DNA of 24,041 nt from Promethearchaeota archaeon (GCA_019057865.1 JAHLWP010000050.1:1-24041), one strand, 5' to 3'; positions 7,827 to 17,159 are shown, counted from the first letter of the stretch. Numbers and translations are program-made. The notes: generated by a model from the letters alone, not told the origin.

Positions 7827-8702
7827 ATGACAGATAAAACTTTAAAACAAACTAGTATAATAGAATTACCCGACGAAAAAAAAACAAATCATAAACTAAT
7901 TATTGGGGATGCATTAGAAGCGTTAAAAAATGAAGATTTAATTGGATCAGAAAGTATTCAATCTATAATAACAAGTCCTCCATATGGATTATATAAAGAT
8001 TATGGAGGATTTTATGAAGATAAATTTAATTTAGAACAATGGAAGGAATTAATCGACAAAATTGCTAAAAATAGTAGAAGAATTTTAAAAAAAAACGGGA
8101 GTTTTCTTATTAATATATCTCCTATCCCAAAAAATACTAAGACAAAAGAAATTACACCACTTGATTCATATGTATATTTTATATTTAAAGAGAATGGATA
8201 TTTCTTAAGAAATAAAATTATTTGGCATTTTAACAATATGCAAAACTGTATTAAAAGATTAAGTGGAAGGTGGGAAGCAATTTTATGGTTTGTAAAAGAT
8301 TTAAATGATTATATCTTTAATCTGGAAGATATCAGAATCCCATTTATTACTAAAAAAGATAAGAGATTAGAAGGAAAAAAAGGGAGAAATCCTACTGATC
8401 ATTGGTATTTTAATAGAGTAAACAATATGACTAAGAATAGATTAAAAATAAATCATCCATGCGTTTATCCAGATCCAATGATAGAAAGAATAATTAAGAT
8501 GACTACAAATGAAAATGATATCGTTTTAGATCCATTTGTTGGTTCTGGAACAACTATGAGAGTTGCAAGATATTTAAATAGAAATTCAATAGGTATTGAA
8601 ATAAATCCAAATTACATTGATCTCATTAAAAGAAGGCTTGAATTAAATAATTTAAAATATGGAAAATCAAAATTTAAAGTAATTAGATTTAATAATATAT
8701 AA
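7827..8702 (+). CDS. Beta-class DNA amino-methyltransferase, probably N4-cytosine
   Basis: Motif IV IITSPPY near N-terminus, HPCVYP, motif I VLDPFVGSGTT, SIGIEIN. Confidence 0.95.
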   Translation: MTDKTLKQTSIIELPDEKKTNHKLIIGDALEALKNEDLIGSESIQSIITSPPYGLYKDYGGFYEDKFNLEQWKELIDKIAKNSRRILKKNGSFLINISPIPKNTKTKEITPLDSYVYFIFKENGYFLRNKIIWHFNNMQNCIKRLSGRWEAILWFVKDLNDYIFNLEDIRIPFITKKDKRLEGKKGRNPTDHWYFNRVNNMTKNRLKINHPCVYPDPMIERIIKMTTNENDIVLDPFVGSGTTMRVARYLNRNSIGIEINPNYIDLIKRRLELNNLKYGKSKFKVIRFNNI

Positions 8703-8743
8703 TTTTAAAAAATAGAATTAGCTTAAAATAACCCTAGTGATAA

Positions 8744-10258
8744 ATGTATAATAATTTCAATGAATTAAATGAATTGAAATCTTCTCCTTTTCAAACTATT
8801 ATTAGTAAAATTAACCATGATCATAACTTTATACCTAATATCCTACAATTATATAGAAAATGTTTAAACCTTTTAAAAGAGCAAGGAACTATATGGATTT
8901 TTTCAAATAATATAGTTTCTAATGGTTCTTTAATTCCATTACCCTTAATTTTAAGTAATAAGTTAACGAAATTGGGATTTATATTAAAGAATTTAATTGT
9001 CTATTATAATTTAGATTATCCTTTAAATTCCATAAATTTAGAAAACCGTTATTCGCATATAATTTTTTTAACTAAAGATAAAGATAATTATAAATTTTAT
9101 AAAGATCCTATACGAGAAAAACATATTTGGAAAAATGTTGAGTGGGGAGGAGGTCGAGTAAGTAGATATCATGAAAAAGGAAAAGATCCAAGTAATTTCT
9201 GGTTAAAAACTAAAGATAATGGTAAAGGAAAAATAATTGAACATTTAATTCTTAATAATTCTGAAGTAATAGATAGGATTATTAAAGCTAGTACAGATAA
9301 AGATGATAAAGTGTTATACCTACATGATAAATTTAATAAAACAAATTATTTAAATGATAATTTCACTAACATAGAATTAAAATTTGAAGATATTAAAATA
9401 GTTAGGAGAGATAAATTTTCAAAAATTTTGAAAACCGAAAGTTCGAAATTTTTAGAAAAAAATCCTTTTAACTCGAAGATTTATATTAAAACTAGTGAAA
9501 CTATGAAAGAACTATCTGACAATTCAATTCAAACTATTATTACAAGTCCTCCTTATTGGGAATTAAGAGATTATGAACATCCTGATCAGATCGGCTATAA
9601 TAGTACTTATTCTGAATATTTATCAAGATTAAACAGAGTTTGGAAAGAATGTTATAGGGTTTTAAAAAATTTTGGCTCACTTTGGATTAATATTAATAAA
9701 AGAGTGAAAAGAGGTAATATGATTCTTTTCCCATATGATTTTTATGTTAACATTGAAAAAATAGGTTTTAAATTAATTGATATTATTATTTGGCATAAAC
9801 CAATTACTGTATCTGCTTATGGTTCAAAAAATTTAGGAGATCGATATGAATTTATTTTATTATTTAGTAAATCATCTGATTATAAGTTCAATTTAAATTT
9901 TAATTTAGATAAACCAGATTACATCCACTTAAATAACAAAACTTTACCTAATGTATGGCAGATGTTTCGTAAAATTGGTAGTATTGGAAAAGAAGTTGCA
10001 GTAATGATAAAAAACAAGAAAATTCATCATACCGCTATTTATCCTATAGAATTAGTAAGAAGAATTATTTTATTAACTACTGATAAAGGAGATTTCATAC
10101 TTGATCCATTTTCAGGATCTGGCACAACTTTAGTAGTAGCTAATAAATTATCAAGAAATTGGATTGGTTATGAAACTAATTCAAATTATGTTGAAATTAT
10201 AAAATTTAGATTAAAGACTGAAGGGAAAAGAATAAAGAGAATAGATGAGTTCTTCTAA
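8744..10258 (+). CDS. Two-domain beta-class DNA methyltransferase (degenerate N-terminal domain plus intact SPPY domain)
   Basis: C-half has IITSPPYW, HTAIYP, ILDPFSGSGTT, WIGYETN; N-half keeps LLKEQGTIWI, GFILKNLIVY, GKDPSNFW, RIIKASTDKDDKVL but lacks motifs IV and I. Confidence 0.93.
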   Translation: MYNNFNELNELKSSPFQTIISKINHDHNFIPNILQLYRKCLNLLKEQGTIWIFSNNIVSNGSLIPLPLILSNKLTKLGFILKNLIVYYNLDYPLNSINLENRYSHIIFLTKDKDNYKFYKDPIREKHIWKNVEWGGGRVSRYHEKGKDPSNFWLKTKDNGKGKIIEHLILNNSEVIDRIIKASTDKDDKVLYLHDKFNKTNYLNDNFTNIELKFEDIKIVRRDKFSKILKTESSKFLEKNPFNSKIYIKTSETMKELSDNSIQTIITSPPYWELRDYEHPDQIGYNSTYSEYLSRLNRVWKECYRVLKNFGSLWININKRVKRGNMILFPYDFYVNIEKIGFKLIDIIIWHKPITVSAYGSKNLGDRYEFILLFSKSSDYKFNLNFNLDKPDYIHLNNKTLPNVWQMFRKIGSIGKEVAVMIKNKKIHHTAIYPIELVRRIILLTTDKGDFILDPFSGSGTTLVVANKLSRNWIGYETNSNYVEIIKFRLKTEGKRIKRIDEFF

Positions 10259-10279
10259 TCATATATAGAAGGTCATTAT

Positions 10280-11041
10280 ATGGCATATCAGACTCGTTTT
10301 ATTGATTTTATTAAAGAAATAAAGGAAGAACAAATCAATTTTTATGAATATGACTTAATTGTTTTAAATAACAAATGGAATTGTGAAAAGAAGAAAATTA
10401 AGGAAATAGCAAGGATAGAAACTAACAAATGGCTTTCATTAAAAAGGTTTGGTGGAAATTTAGTTTTAATATTAATTGATACAATATTTAGTTTAAGAAA
10501 CAATTATGAAAGAATGTTGAGAAATATATTAATCCCATTTTATCAAAAATTTTCAAAATTCAAGTTACAGGATTTTGAAAAGATGAATTATAATGAACTA
10601 ATATCCTTTTCTTCCAAGAACTATTTAAATCTAGAATCCCTTCATCCTTTTTCTGATTATAATAGATGGAAATTATTTAAGACTTTTGTATATTTTTTAA
10701 TAAACAATTTTGATGGTGAAATTGATAGAATTCATAATTGGGCAATAAACCTTGATATAAGGGATTTTCTTAAAAATAAATCAAATAAATATGATTTTAA
10801 AGGATTTGGAATAGCTGGAATTCAATATTTAAGAATGCAATTAGGAGTAAATACAATTAAACCTGAAATTAGGATTAAAAACTCTTTAAAATTCTTTAAT
10901 ATTCAGTTTAAGAATGATTTTGATGTAATTAAAAAATTAGATGACTTTAGCCAAATCTTAAATTTAAAATTAATGGAACTTGGATTTATATTATGGTATT
11001 CCTATCCAATAAGTAAATTAAAATTCCATTCTGGAAAATAA
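10280..11041 (+). CDS. HhH-GPD superfamily DNA glycosylase-like protein
   Basis: LIDTIFSLRNNY, helix-hairpin-helix FKGFGIAGIQYLRMQLG, VNTIKPE (Glu at the usual Asp position), C-terminal LMELGFILW. Confidence 0.6.
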   Translation: MAYQTRFIDFIKEIKEEQINFYEYDLIVLNNKWNCEKKKIKEIARIETNKWLSLKRFGGNLVLILIDTIFSLRNNYERMLRNILIPFYQKFSKFKLQDFEKMNYNELISFSSKNYLNLESLHPFSDYNRWKLFKTFVYFLINNFDGEIDRIHNWAINLDIRDFLKNKSNKYDFKGFGIAGIQYLRMQLGVNTIKPEIRIKNSLKFFNIQFKNDFDVIKKLDDFSQILNLKLMELGFILWYSYPISKLKFHSGK

Positions 11042-11267
11042 TTATAAATATTCAATTTAAAATTCTTATTTTATTAAAAAATGTAAGTTATGCAATTTGA
11101 TTTTATAAAGTATAATAACTTTTAATTATGTTGTTATTATATCTTTTTATGAGAAAGTTAGGATGATTTATCACCATACCCAAATTATCACCATCTCTGA
11201 TAAATTATTCCTCATCTTTCTCTTATTAGTTTTTAATGGCTTAGTGTGTTTTTAAAATTGATTTTTT

Positions 11268-12143
11268 TTAAAAATCATTTAAGCTTTTCTGAACTCTTAC
11301 ATTCTTCTTAGGTTTTTTAAAATTTTTTTTCCTTTCATTAATAATTTTAAAAGCTGTCTCTTTTTTATTTTTAAATATATAATATAAAGCTGAAAAAGGA
11401 TGCATTTCTAATAGGGGTAGATAGATTTTTTTAGTCACTGCAATTTTTTTTTTACCTTTAAAATCTCCTTCTCTTTCTTTTCTATTCCATTCAATTTTTA
11501 CTTCATCTAGATATTTAAATACTTCTTTTGCATCCCAAAAGAATACACCCTTAACACATGGATAATCTAACCAATATACATAATAAGTATCTTCATCAAG
11601 GCTATCAATTATTTCTCGTTGAGCTTTAATTTTTTTTGCAATATCTAGAGTTGTTGATCCTTCATAGCATTCTCTTCCAGGTCTTACTTTGTAAGTTAAG
11701 AGAAAAGGAGATGTTAAGAATTTAACTTCATAATAACATATAATTTCATTATCATCACCTTTTACTAAATTATCAGGGTAGTTTTTATACGATTTATCTG
11801 CTTTTTCAGAATTAATTTCTTCTTTCTCCTTAAGAAAATCAATTAGTAAGAATTCGAATTGACGTCCAAGAATAACATCTAGCTTCTTATTAGATATATT
11901 TCGAGGATTCATATAATACTTATAACAACCAGAACATACTTTTTTTAACGAAGGAATTATATTAAAAAAGTTTTGCCTTTCTTGAACAATATCATTTGTA
12001 TAATATAAATACTTATAACATAATTCAGATATATCATCAAAAATAAATTGCCTTTCCTGTAGATTTACATTTTGAAAAAATTCTGATAATCTAGGTTTAC
12101 TAAAATCTAATAATTCCTTGAATAATGAAATACTTTCTTCCAT
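11268..12143 (-). CDS. PD-(D/E)XK endonuclease, putative restriction endonuclease
   Basis: LGRQFE...NYPDNLV...YYEVKF; adjacent to two MTases. Confidence 0.8.
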   Translation of the reverse strand: MEESISLFKELLDFSKPRLSEFFQNVNLQERQFIFDDISELCYKYLYYTNDIVQERQNFFNIIPSLKKVCSGCYKYYMNPRNISNKKLDVILGRQFEFLLIDFLKEKEEINSEKADKSYKNYPDNLVKGDDNEIICYYEVKFLTSPFLLTYKVRPGRECYEGSTTLDIAKKIKAQREIIDSLDEDTYYVYWLDYPCVKGVFFWDAKEVFKYLDEVKIEWNRKEREGDFKGKKKIAVTKKIYLPLLEMHPFSALYYIFKNKKETAFKIINERKKNFKKPKKNVRVQKSLNDF

Positions 12144-12227
12144 AATTATTTCAAGGATTAATTTATTATTATTCTTTTTTTAAATTTGAAAAAATTTTTA
12201 TAAATTAATAATTACTAATAAATTATT

Positions 12228-13502
12228 ATGGGTTCTATAAAGACAGATTCCTTGGATATTCAAATACCATCATTTTTTCCAATAATAGGATGGCCAGCAG
12301 GTCGTGGAGAATATGATAATCTATTCAGAAATCTCTCTTATTTCTGTAATAAATTGGATCATTGGACATTTTTATTTAACTTTTCTTCATTTATATTTGG
12401 CTTTACTATACCAAAAACTAATCCTTTTTTCAATGATTATATTAAATATGAAGGGAAGAATATTAGAGATATATTAACCGAATATACATTAACTAATAGA
12501 GAGGTTGTAAGTAAAATAAAAATCCTCCTCGATGTTGGAGGTAATCGTATTTTTAATAAAGTAATAAATGATAATCTCCCTGTTTCAGAAATAAATAGTT
12601 ATAGACGTTATTATGAAGCGTATTTCAATTTTATAAAAAACGGAAAACCAAATGTATATGTTAATTTTGATATAGGTCCAAGCTACTCATCTAGAGATGA
12701 AGTTTCAATTAGAGGTCGAGAAGAATGGAATAAATTATCTCAATCCATAAAAGAAAACATAAATGATCAACTATTAGAAATTTCCATCCAAAATAAACAA
12801 AAGGAGAGTAAATTAATGATACCTATTAATGCCTTGAATCTAGAACATTTTAAATCAAAATTAAGTAAATTACATTCAAAATATCAAGAAGAAATTGATT
12901 ATATCGGAATAGCAGGAATAGCTAATCAAGGATTTAAAAAAGTAAATCAAACACTAAGATTTTTTAATAATTTCAGAAGAAAATCTAATTGGAATGTCTT
13001 ATGTCATGGATTAGGTTTAGGTGGATGGAAAAAAATATTTGCCTTAGCATATTATGATATTGAAAGTTGTGATGTTGCTACACCTTGGAGAAGGGCTTGT
13101 ACAGATAGAATATCTCAAGTTTATATCCCCTTAATTGATGAACAGTTAGAAATTACTTCTCACTCTGATCCTTTACGATATGAAGGATTATATAGTGACC
13201 GATTTCAAGATTTTGCTTGTAATTGTCCTTTTTGTAATGATATTCCTCTAGTAGATGTTAGAAATAGATGTATGAATGCAGATAAACAACTCATAAATCA
13301 GGAAAAACATGGTGAAGATTTTAGAGAAATGAGAATCAGAATATTTTTTCATAATCTATATCAACATATAGCATTACTTAGAAAATTATTTATATTAAAG
13401 CAAGAAAAACCACAAAATTTTATTAAATCCTTTTTAAATGAGATTAGAAATACAGAAGCAAGAAAAAAAATTAGAAATGCTGTAAAAGATTTAATGTTGT
13501 GA
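12228..13502 (+). CDS. tRNA-guanine transglycosylase (TGT) family protein, possibly DNA-acting (DpdA-like)
   Basis: IPSFFP, LLDVGG (cf. DSGG), NFDIGP, YIGIAG, HGLGLG, ESCDVATPWR (second catalytic Asp position), zinc site CNCPFC...HNL; no PUA domain. Confidence 0.85.
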   Translation: MGSIKTDSLDIQIPSFFPIIGWPAGRGEYDNLFRNLSYFCNKLDHWTFLFNFSSFIFGFTIPKTNPFFNDYIKYEGKNIRDILTEYTLTNREVVSKIKILLDVGGNRIFNKVINDNLPVSEINSYRRYYEAYFNFIKNGKPNVYVNFDIGPSYSSRDEVSIRGREEWNKLSQSIKENINDQLLEISIQNKQKESKLMIPINALNLEHFKSKLSKLHSKYQEEIDYIGIAGIANQGFKKVNQTLRFFNNFRRKSNWNVLCHGLGLGGWKKIFALAYYDIESCDVATPWRRACTDRISQVYIPLIDEQLEITSHSDPLRYEGLYSDRFQDFACNCPFCNDIPLVDVRNRCMNADKQLINQEKHGEDFREMRIRIFFHNLYQHIALLRKLFILKQEKPQNFIKSFLNEIRNTEARKKIRNAVKDLML

Positions 13503-13614
13503 ATCTTCCTTAATTTTTCCTTTTTTGAAGTAGGTAAGTGCAGATTTTAAATCTGAAAAAGGAGATAAGTTATTTCCTTTTTGAGCGACATTAAATTTCA
13601 TTTTAAAAAGTATA

Positions 13615-13809
13615 TTAAATTCTGATACTAATTATAATCCTTCCTACGCCAAGATAATCAGATGCTCCGTAATTATCGTTTGCAAAAAAATCGTTGATAT
13701 AAGCATCTTCTATTGGTTTTAATTTTGTTGTCTTAGTTGCTCTAACTGGAATTACAAATGCAAATACAAATAGAAACAACAAAACTCCTAAGAGATATTT
13801 TCTTTTCAA
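13615..13809 (-). pseudogene. 5' fragment of a secreted DNRLRE-domain-like protein
   Basis: GGTGAG SD, signal peptide ending VRA, KPIEDAYI...NDNYGASDYLGVG then premature stop. Confidence 0.7.
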
Positions 13810-14079
13810 TTTTTTTCACTCACCTTTTTTTGTTCTAATATCAAATCTATTTTATAATCAATCAAAATTGTTGCTACTTCAAAAAAAAATTAATTTATTT
13901 TGAGAATCTTTCTCTCTTCGATAAAACCATAAGAAATCATCAAATTTTAATATGAATATTCTGATAAAAATAAGATATAGATTATAGATATTTTTAGTCT
14001 GATTTGATTATTTTAGTTAGTTCAACAGAAATGGATGTATTTTTATTTTTCAGTTACGAATTGCGTTGGTTAAGAGAAA

Positions 14080-15177
14080 TTATTTATGTAATGACTCTAA
14101 ATTACTAATTATTAATTCTATCATATCAATTAAATTCGTCTCCGAACTAGAACTAAGTTCTTCCTTCTTCAACCTTAATTCTTTAATAATAGGAATTATA
14201 TTTTCTTCAATATTAGTCGAATTTAATAAATTTCTAAAATTTTGTAATGTATAGATATCTTTTTTATCAATAGCTTTATATATCTCAGTTAAAATGCTTT
14301 TAAAATATCCACATTTGTATAAAATTAGAGTAATATCACTATTTTTATATCCACTTTCATATAATTTTTTAAAATTGTGATAATTTACACTATTTACTAG
14401 TTCTGAAAATTTAGGCTTTAAAACTAACATCCTAACTGTTCCCAGAATAATTCTTTTTATTAGATCATTATTTTTGCTTAGAATATATTTATCTACACTC
14501 TCGACATATTTGTTGATTACATCAAGCTCATTTTCAGTAAAATCTTCTTTAACTAAAATTTGTGCAAATACATTATGAATTTTATTTAGCATTGGCACTA
14601 TATTCGTAGAAGATAACTGTGAATTCTTAATCATATCTAAATATTCTTTAATTAATTCTAAATCAGGCTTTATTTCAATTTTCTTGATTGGGTCAATATT
14701 ATTTAGGTCTTTTTCATTAAATAAAAAATATAATTGTTTATCTGAAACTAAGCGTTTCCCAAAAGGTGTTCGAATATAATAAATACGATTTTTAATCTCA
14801 GGTCCCTTTCTTTCAATTATAAATGCATGAGGAATATCTTTTTTCCTTTCAATTGTTATAATTGATAAATCTCCTTCCTCACATTCCAAAAATTCAAAAT
14901 TATAATTTATGATTGGGCTTATTTTATTATGAATAATATTATCAATATCACCTTTCAGGGTATCTACATCATAATCTTTTTTTCCATCAAAAGAACCATC
15001 ATTTTGAAGACCAATTATTATCTTACCACCATTTCGATTGGCAAAAGATATTATTTCCTTAGCTATTTTATCCTTCCAATCCTTTTCTTTAAGAATTTTA
15101 GAGCTCTTTAATTCATATTTAATATTTTCAAATTCAGATTTTTCTCGTAATTTCTCTATTTCGATACATTTGGTCAT
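14080..15177 (-). CDS. Schlafen/AlbA_2 domain protein with helical C-terminal domain
   Basis: EFENIKYELKSS, IAKEIISFANRNGGKIIIGLQND, IPH, YYIRTPFGKR. Confidence 0.92.
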   Translation of the reverse strand: MTKCIEIEKLREKSEFENIKYELKSSKILKEKDWKDKIAKEIISFANRNGGKIIIGLQNDGSFDGKKDYDVDTLKGDIDNIIHNKISPIINYNFEFLECEEGDLSIITIERKKDIPHAFIIERKGPEIKNRIYYIRTPFGKRLVSDKQLYFLFNEKDLNNIDPIKKIEIKPDLELIKEYLDMIKNSQLSSTNIVPMLNKIHNVFAQILVKEDFTENELDVINKYVESVDKYILSKNNDLIKRIILGTVRMLVLKPKFSELVNSVNYHNFKKLYESGYKNSDITLILYKCGYFKSILTEIYKAIDKKDIYTLQNFRNLLNSTNIEENIIPIIKELRLKKEELSSSSETNLIDMIELIISNLESLHK

Positions 15178-15411
15178 AATTTATTAATAAAATAATTTTC
15201 TATTTTAATCTGCAATCAAATCCTATATAATATATTCAACAACCAAGATAAAAATATTATTCCAAATTCTTTAAAAAGATGGAGATTATAATTTCTCTTA
15301 TAATAAATTAAAAGTTAATTATGGTTAATTATATTCAACTTTGAGTGAATTCTATGAGCCTAAACATTCAAACAGTTAGATTCTTAAATATAAATAATAA
15401 TTTAATTAATT

Positions 15412-16251
15412 ATGAGTGAAAATTTAATTCAAATGAAAAAATCAACCAATGTAAAACCAAATTCTTGGTATGAAATTTTATGTTATAAAAATCAGGGGAA
15501 TGTTAAGTATTATAAATATCGTGACGAAATTACTGATAAAGGTATGGATAGTATTGATTATTATCCATCAGAGTATGAATTCTATAAAAAATATCCTATT
15601 CAATTAATTAATACATTAGAAAAAAATAAACAGATTTTAGAACAAATTAAGAGTGAATTGATAAATTTAGGTAAACTGGAAGAAAATATGAAAACTAATA
15701 AATCCTTGTATTTATGTTGTAGGGCATTAGATAATGGATATTTGATTTCCCAGCAATTGAAAGATATGTTGTTTCAATTGGATGAATATAAGAGTAGTGA
15801 GATGGACTTCTATAAAAAATTCAAATTTAAGAATTATCAGCAAGATCTTCTCAATTTCATTAAACCAAACATAGGTTGGAGAAATAAAGAGAGAGACTTT
15901 GACATTTATATGGAGATAAAGAAGGGTACTCTTTATCAAGAAATAGCCGAAAAAGAAGAAATTAGTATCCAAGCTATTAGTCAAATTAATTCAAAAGTAT
16001 AGAGTTCAATTAATAATCTGAAAGGAAAGTTCTTTGAAATTGAGTATGAGAAATATCTGAAAAGTCTAAATAAATTTAAGAATTGTAAAGTGGTTAGAGA
16101 TGGTAATCCAGGTAAGCCAGACATATATATTATTGATGAAAAGAATAATAAAATGTAGGTGTTTTCTTTAAAAAATTTGGAGCTAAATATTACAAAAAAA
16201 TTAATTAGAAAAGGGAAAATCTTTAGATTCTTGAATATAAAGAAAAAATAA
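15412..16251 (+). pseudogene. HTH plus PD-(D/E)XK-like nuclease gene interrupted by two in-frame TAG codons
   Basis: ORF 15412-16002 ends in an HTH (YQEIAEKEEISIQAISQI); same frame continues SSINNLKGKFFE...GKPDIYII...KM*VFSLK to TAA at 16249-16251; TAGs at 16000-16002 and 16156-16158. Confidence 0.75.
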
Positions 16252-16260
16252 TAAAAAATT

Positions 16261-16527
16261 ATGAATAAAGAAGAATTTGAAAATAAAAAATCACTCATAA
16301 TCAGAAATGGATTAAATATTATAAATGGATTAAAGGAGACTTTTGAAGCGTTATCGAAATATGACTGGTATGAAAAATTTGTAGATACAATTAACATTGA
16401 TGGTAGAATTATAGAAACAGAGCCAGTGGATATAAATATATTATTTGATAAGATAAGAGCACTTGCTACTGAACTTATTAAATATCCCAATAATCTTGAA
16501 TCATTATGGGAAAAGGGTTTAAAATAA
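16261..16527 (+). CDS. Hypothetical protein, possibly a fragment
   Basis: 88-aa ORF, same strand and composition as neighbours. Confidence 0.55.
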   Translation: MNKEEFENKKSLIIRNGLNIINGLKETFEALSKYDWYEKFVDTINIDGRIIETEPVDINILFDKIRALATELIKYPNNLESLWEKGLK

Positions 16528-16559
16528 GAGTTAAAAGAATAATGATAATCCTATTAAAT

Positions 16560-17159
16560 ATGACCAAAAAAATTAAAAAAAAAAAGGAAAATCTTTCAAA
16601 TCTTCCCTCTAAAGACGGGAACTATAATCTTTTTAATAGAAAAGGAGAGATGGTCTATACAGGACAAGGAAACATAAAAGATAGAATCTCTACCCATTCC
16701 AATGAACCAAATGTGCCCTTCACATCATTTACATATAATCTAGAGCCATCTGCTAAAAAGAGAAAGGAGATTGAGGAAAAAAGAATAAAACGCTATAAAC
16801 CACCTCTAAATAAATTGTATGACCGTGATATTATAAAAATCTCTGGAGAATATGATTCACATCAGAAAGTCATTGCTAATTTAACTATGTTTGAAAAAAT
16901 TAAAAGCATAGAATTATCAAAATTGAAAGATCTAAAGTTCAAACATCCCATTGAATTCGAACTTGAATATAAGCATAGCGCTATTTTTGCTCATAATGAG
17001 AATTATGATCTTTATGCAACAGGTTCTACTTATAATGAAATGATTCAAGATTTATATAGAAGAATTAAAGCAATTATTGAAATGTATTCAAATCCTGAAA
17101 TCAGATTTACAAAATCATCAGAAGATTATCGAAGGAAATTTTTAGAAACTTTCTCATGA
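16560..17159 (+). CDS. GIY-YIG nuclease domain fused to a HicB-like C-terminal domain
   Basis: LPSKDGNYNLFN...VYTGQGNIKDRISTH...E..RIKRYKPPLN (GIY-YIG); IFAHNENYDLYATGSTYNEMIQDL (HicB-like). Start inferred at ATG 16560 rather than 16506. Confidence 0.8.
   Translation: MTKKIKKKKENLSNLPSKDGNYNLFNRKGEMVYTGQGNIKDRISTHSNEPNVPFTSFTYNLEPSAKKRKEIEEKRIKRYKPPLNKLYDRDIIKISGEYDSHQKVIANLTMFEKIKSIELSKLKDLKFKHPIEFELEYKHSAIFAHNENYDLYATGSTYNEMIQDLYRRIKAIIEMYSNPEIRFTKSSEDYRRKFLETFS

Noticed and set aside
4705-8236. Short minus-strand ORFs 4705-4896, 5616-5822, 8012-8236
   Set aside because: Each lies fully antisense within a better-supported gene.
11168-11206. Direct repeat TTATCACCAT x2 and small hairpin between convergent genes
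   Set aside because: Only two 10-bp copies with a 7-bp gap; not CRISPR-like; could be a terminator or binding site but unsupported.
12228-13502. Assigning gene symbol tgt or dpdA
   Set aside because: Family is clear but substrate is not; no dpdB/C partners and motifs deviate from canonical TGT.
14066-16490. ORFs 14066-14254, 14929-15111, 15727-15984, 15981-16490
   Set aside because: Antisense shadows; the 169-aa one mirrors the in-frame plus-strand coding sequence.
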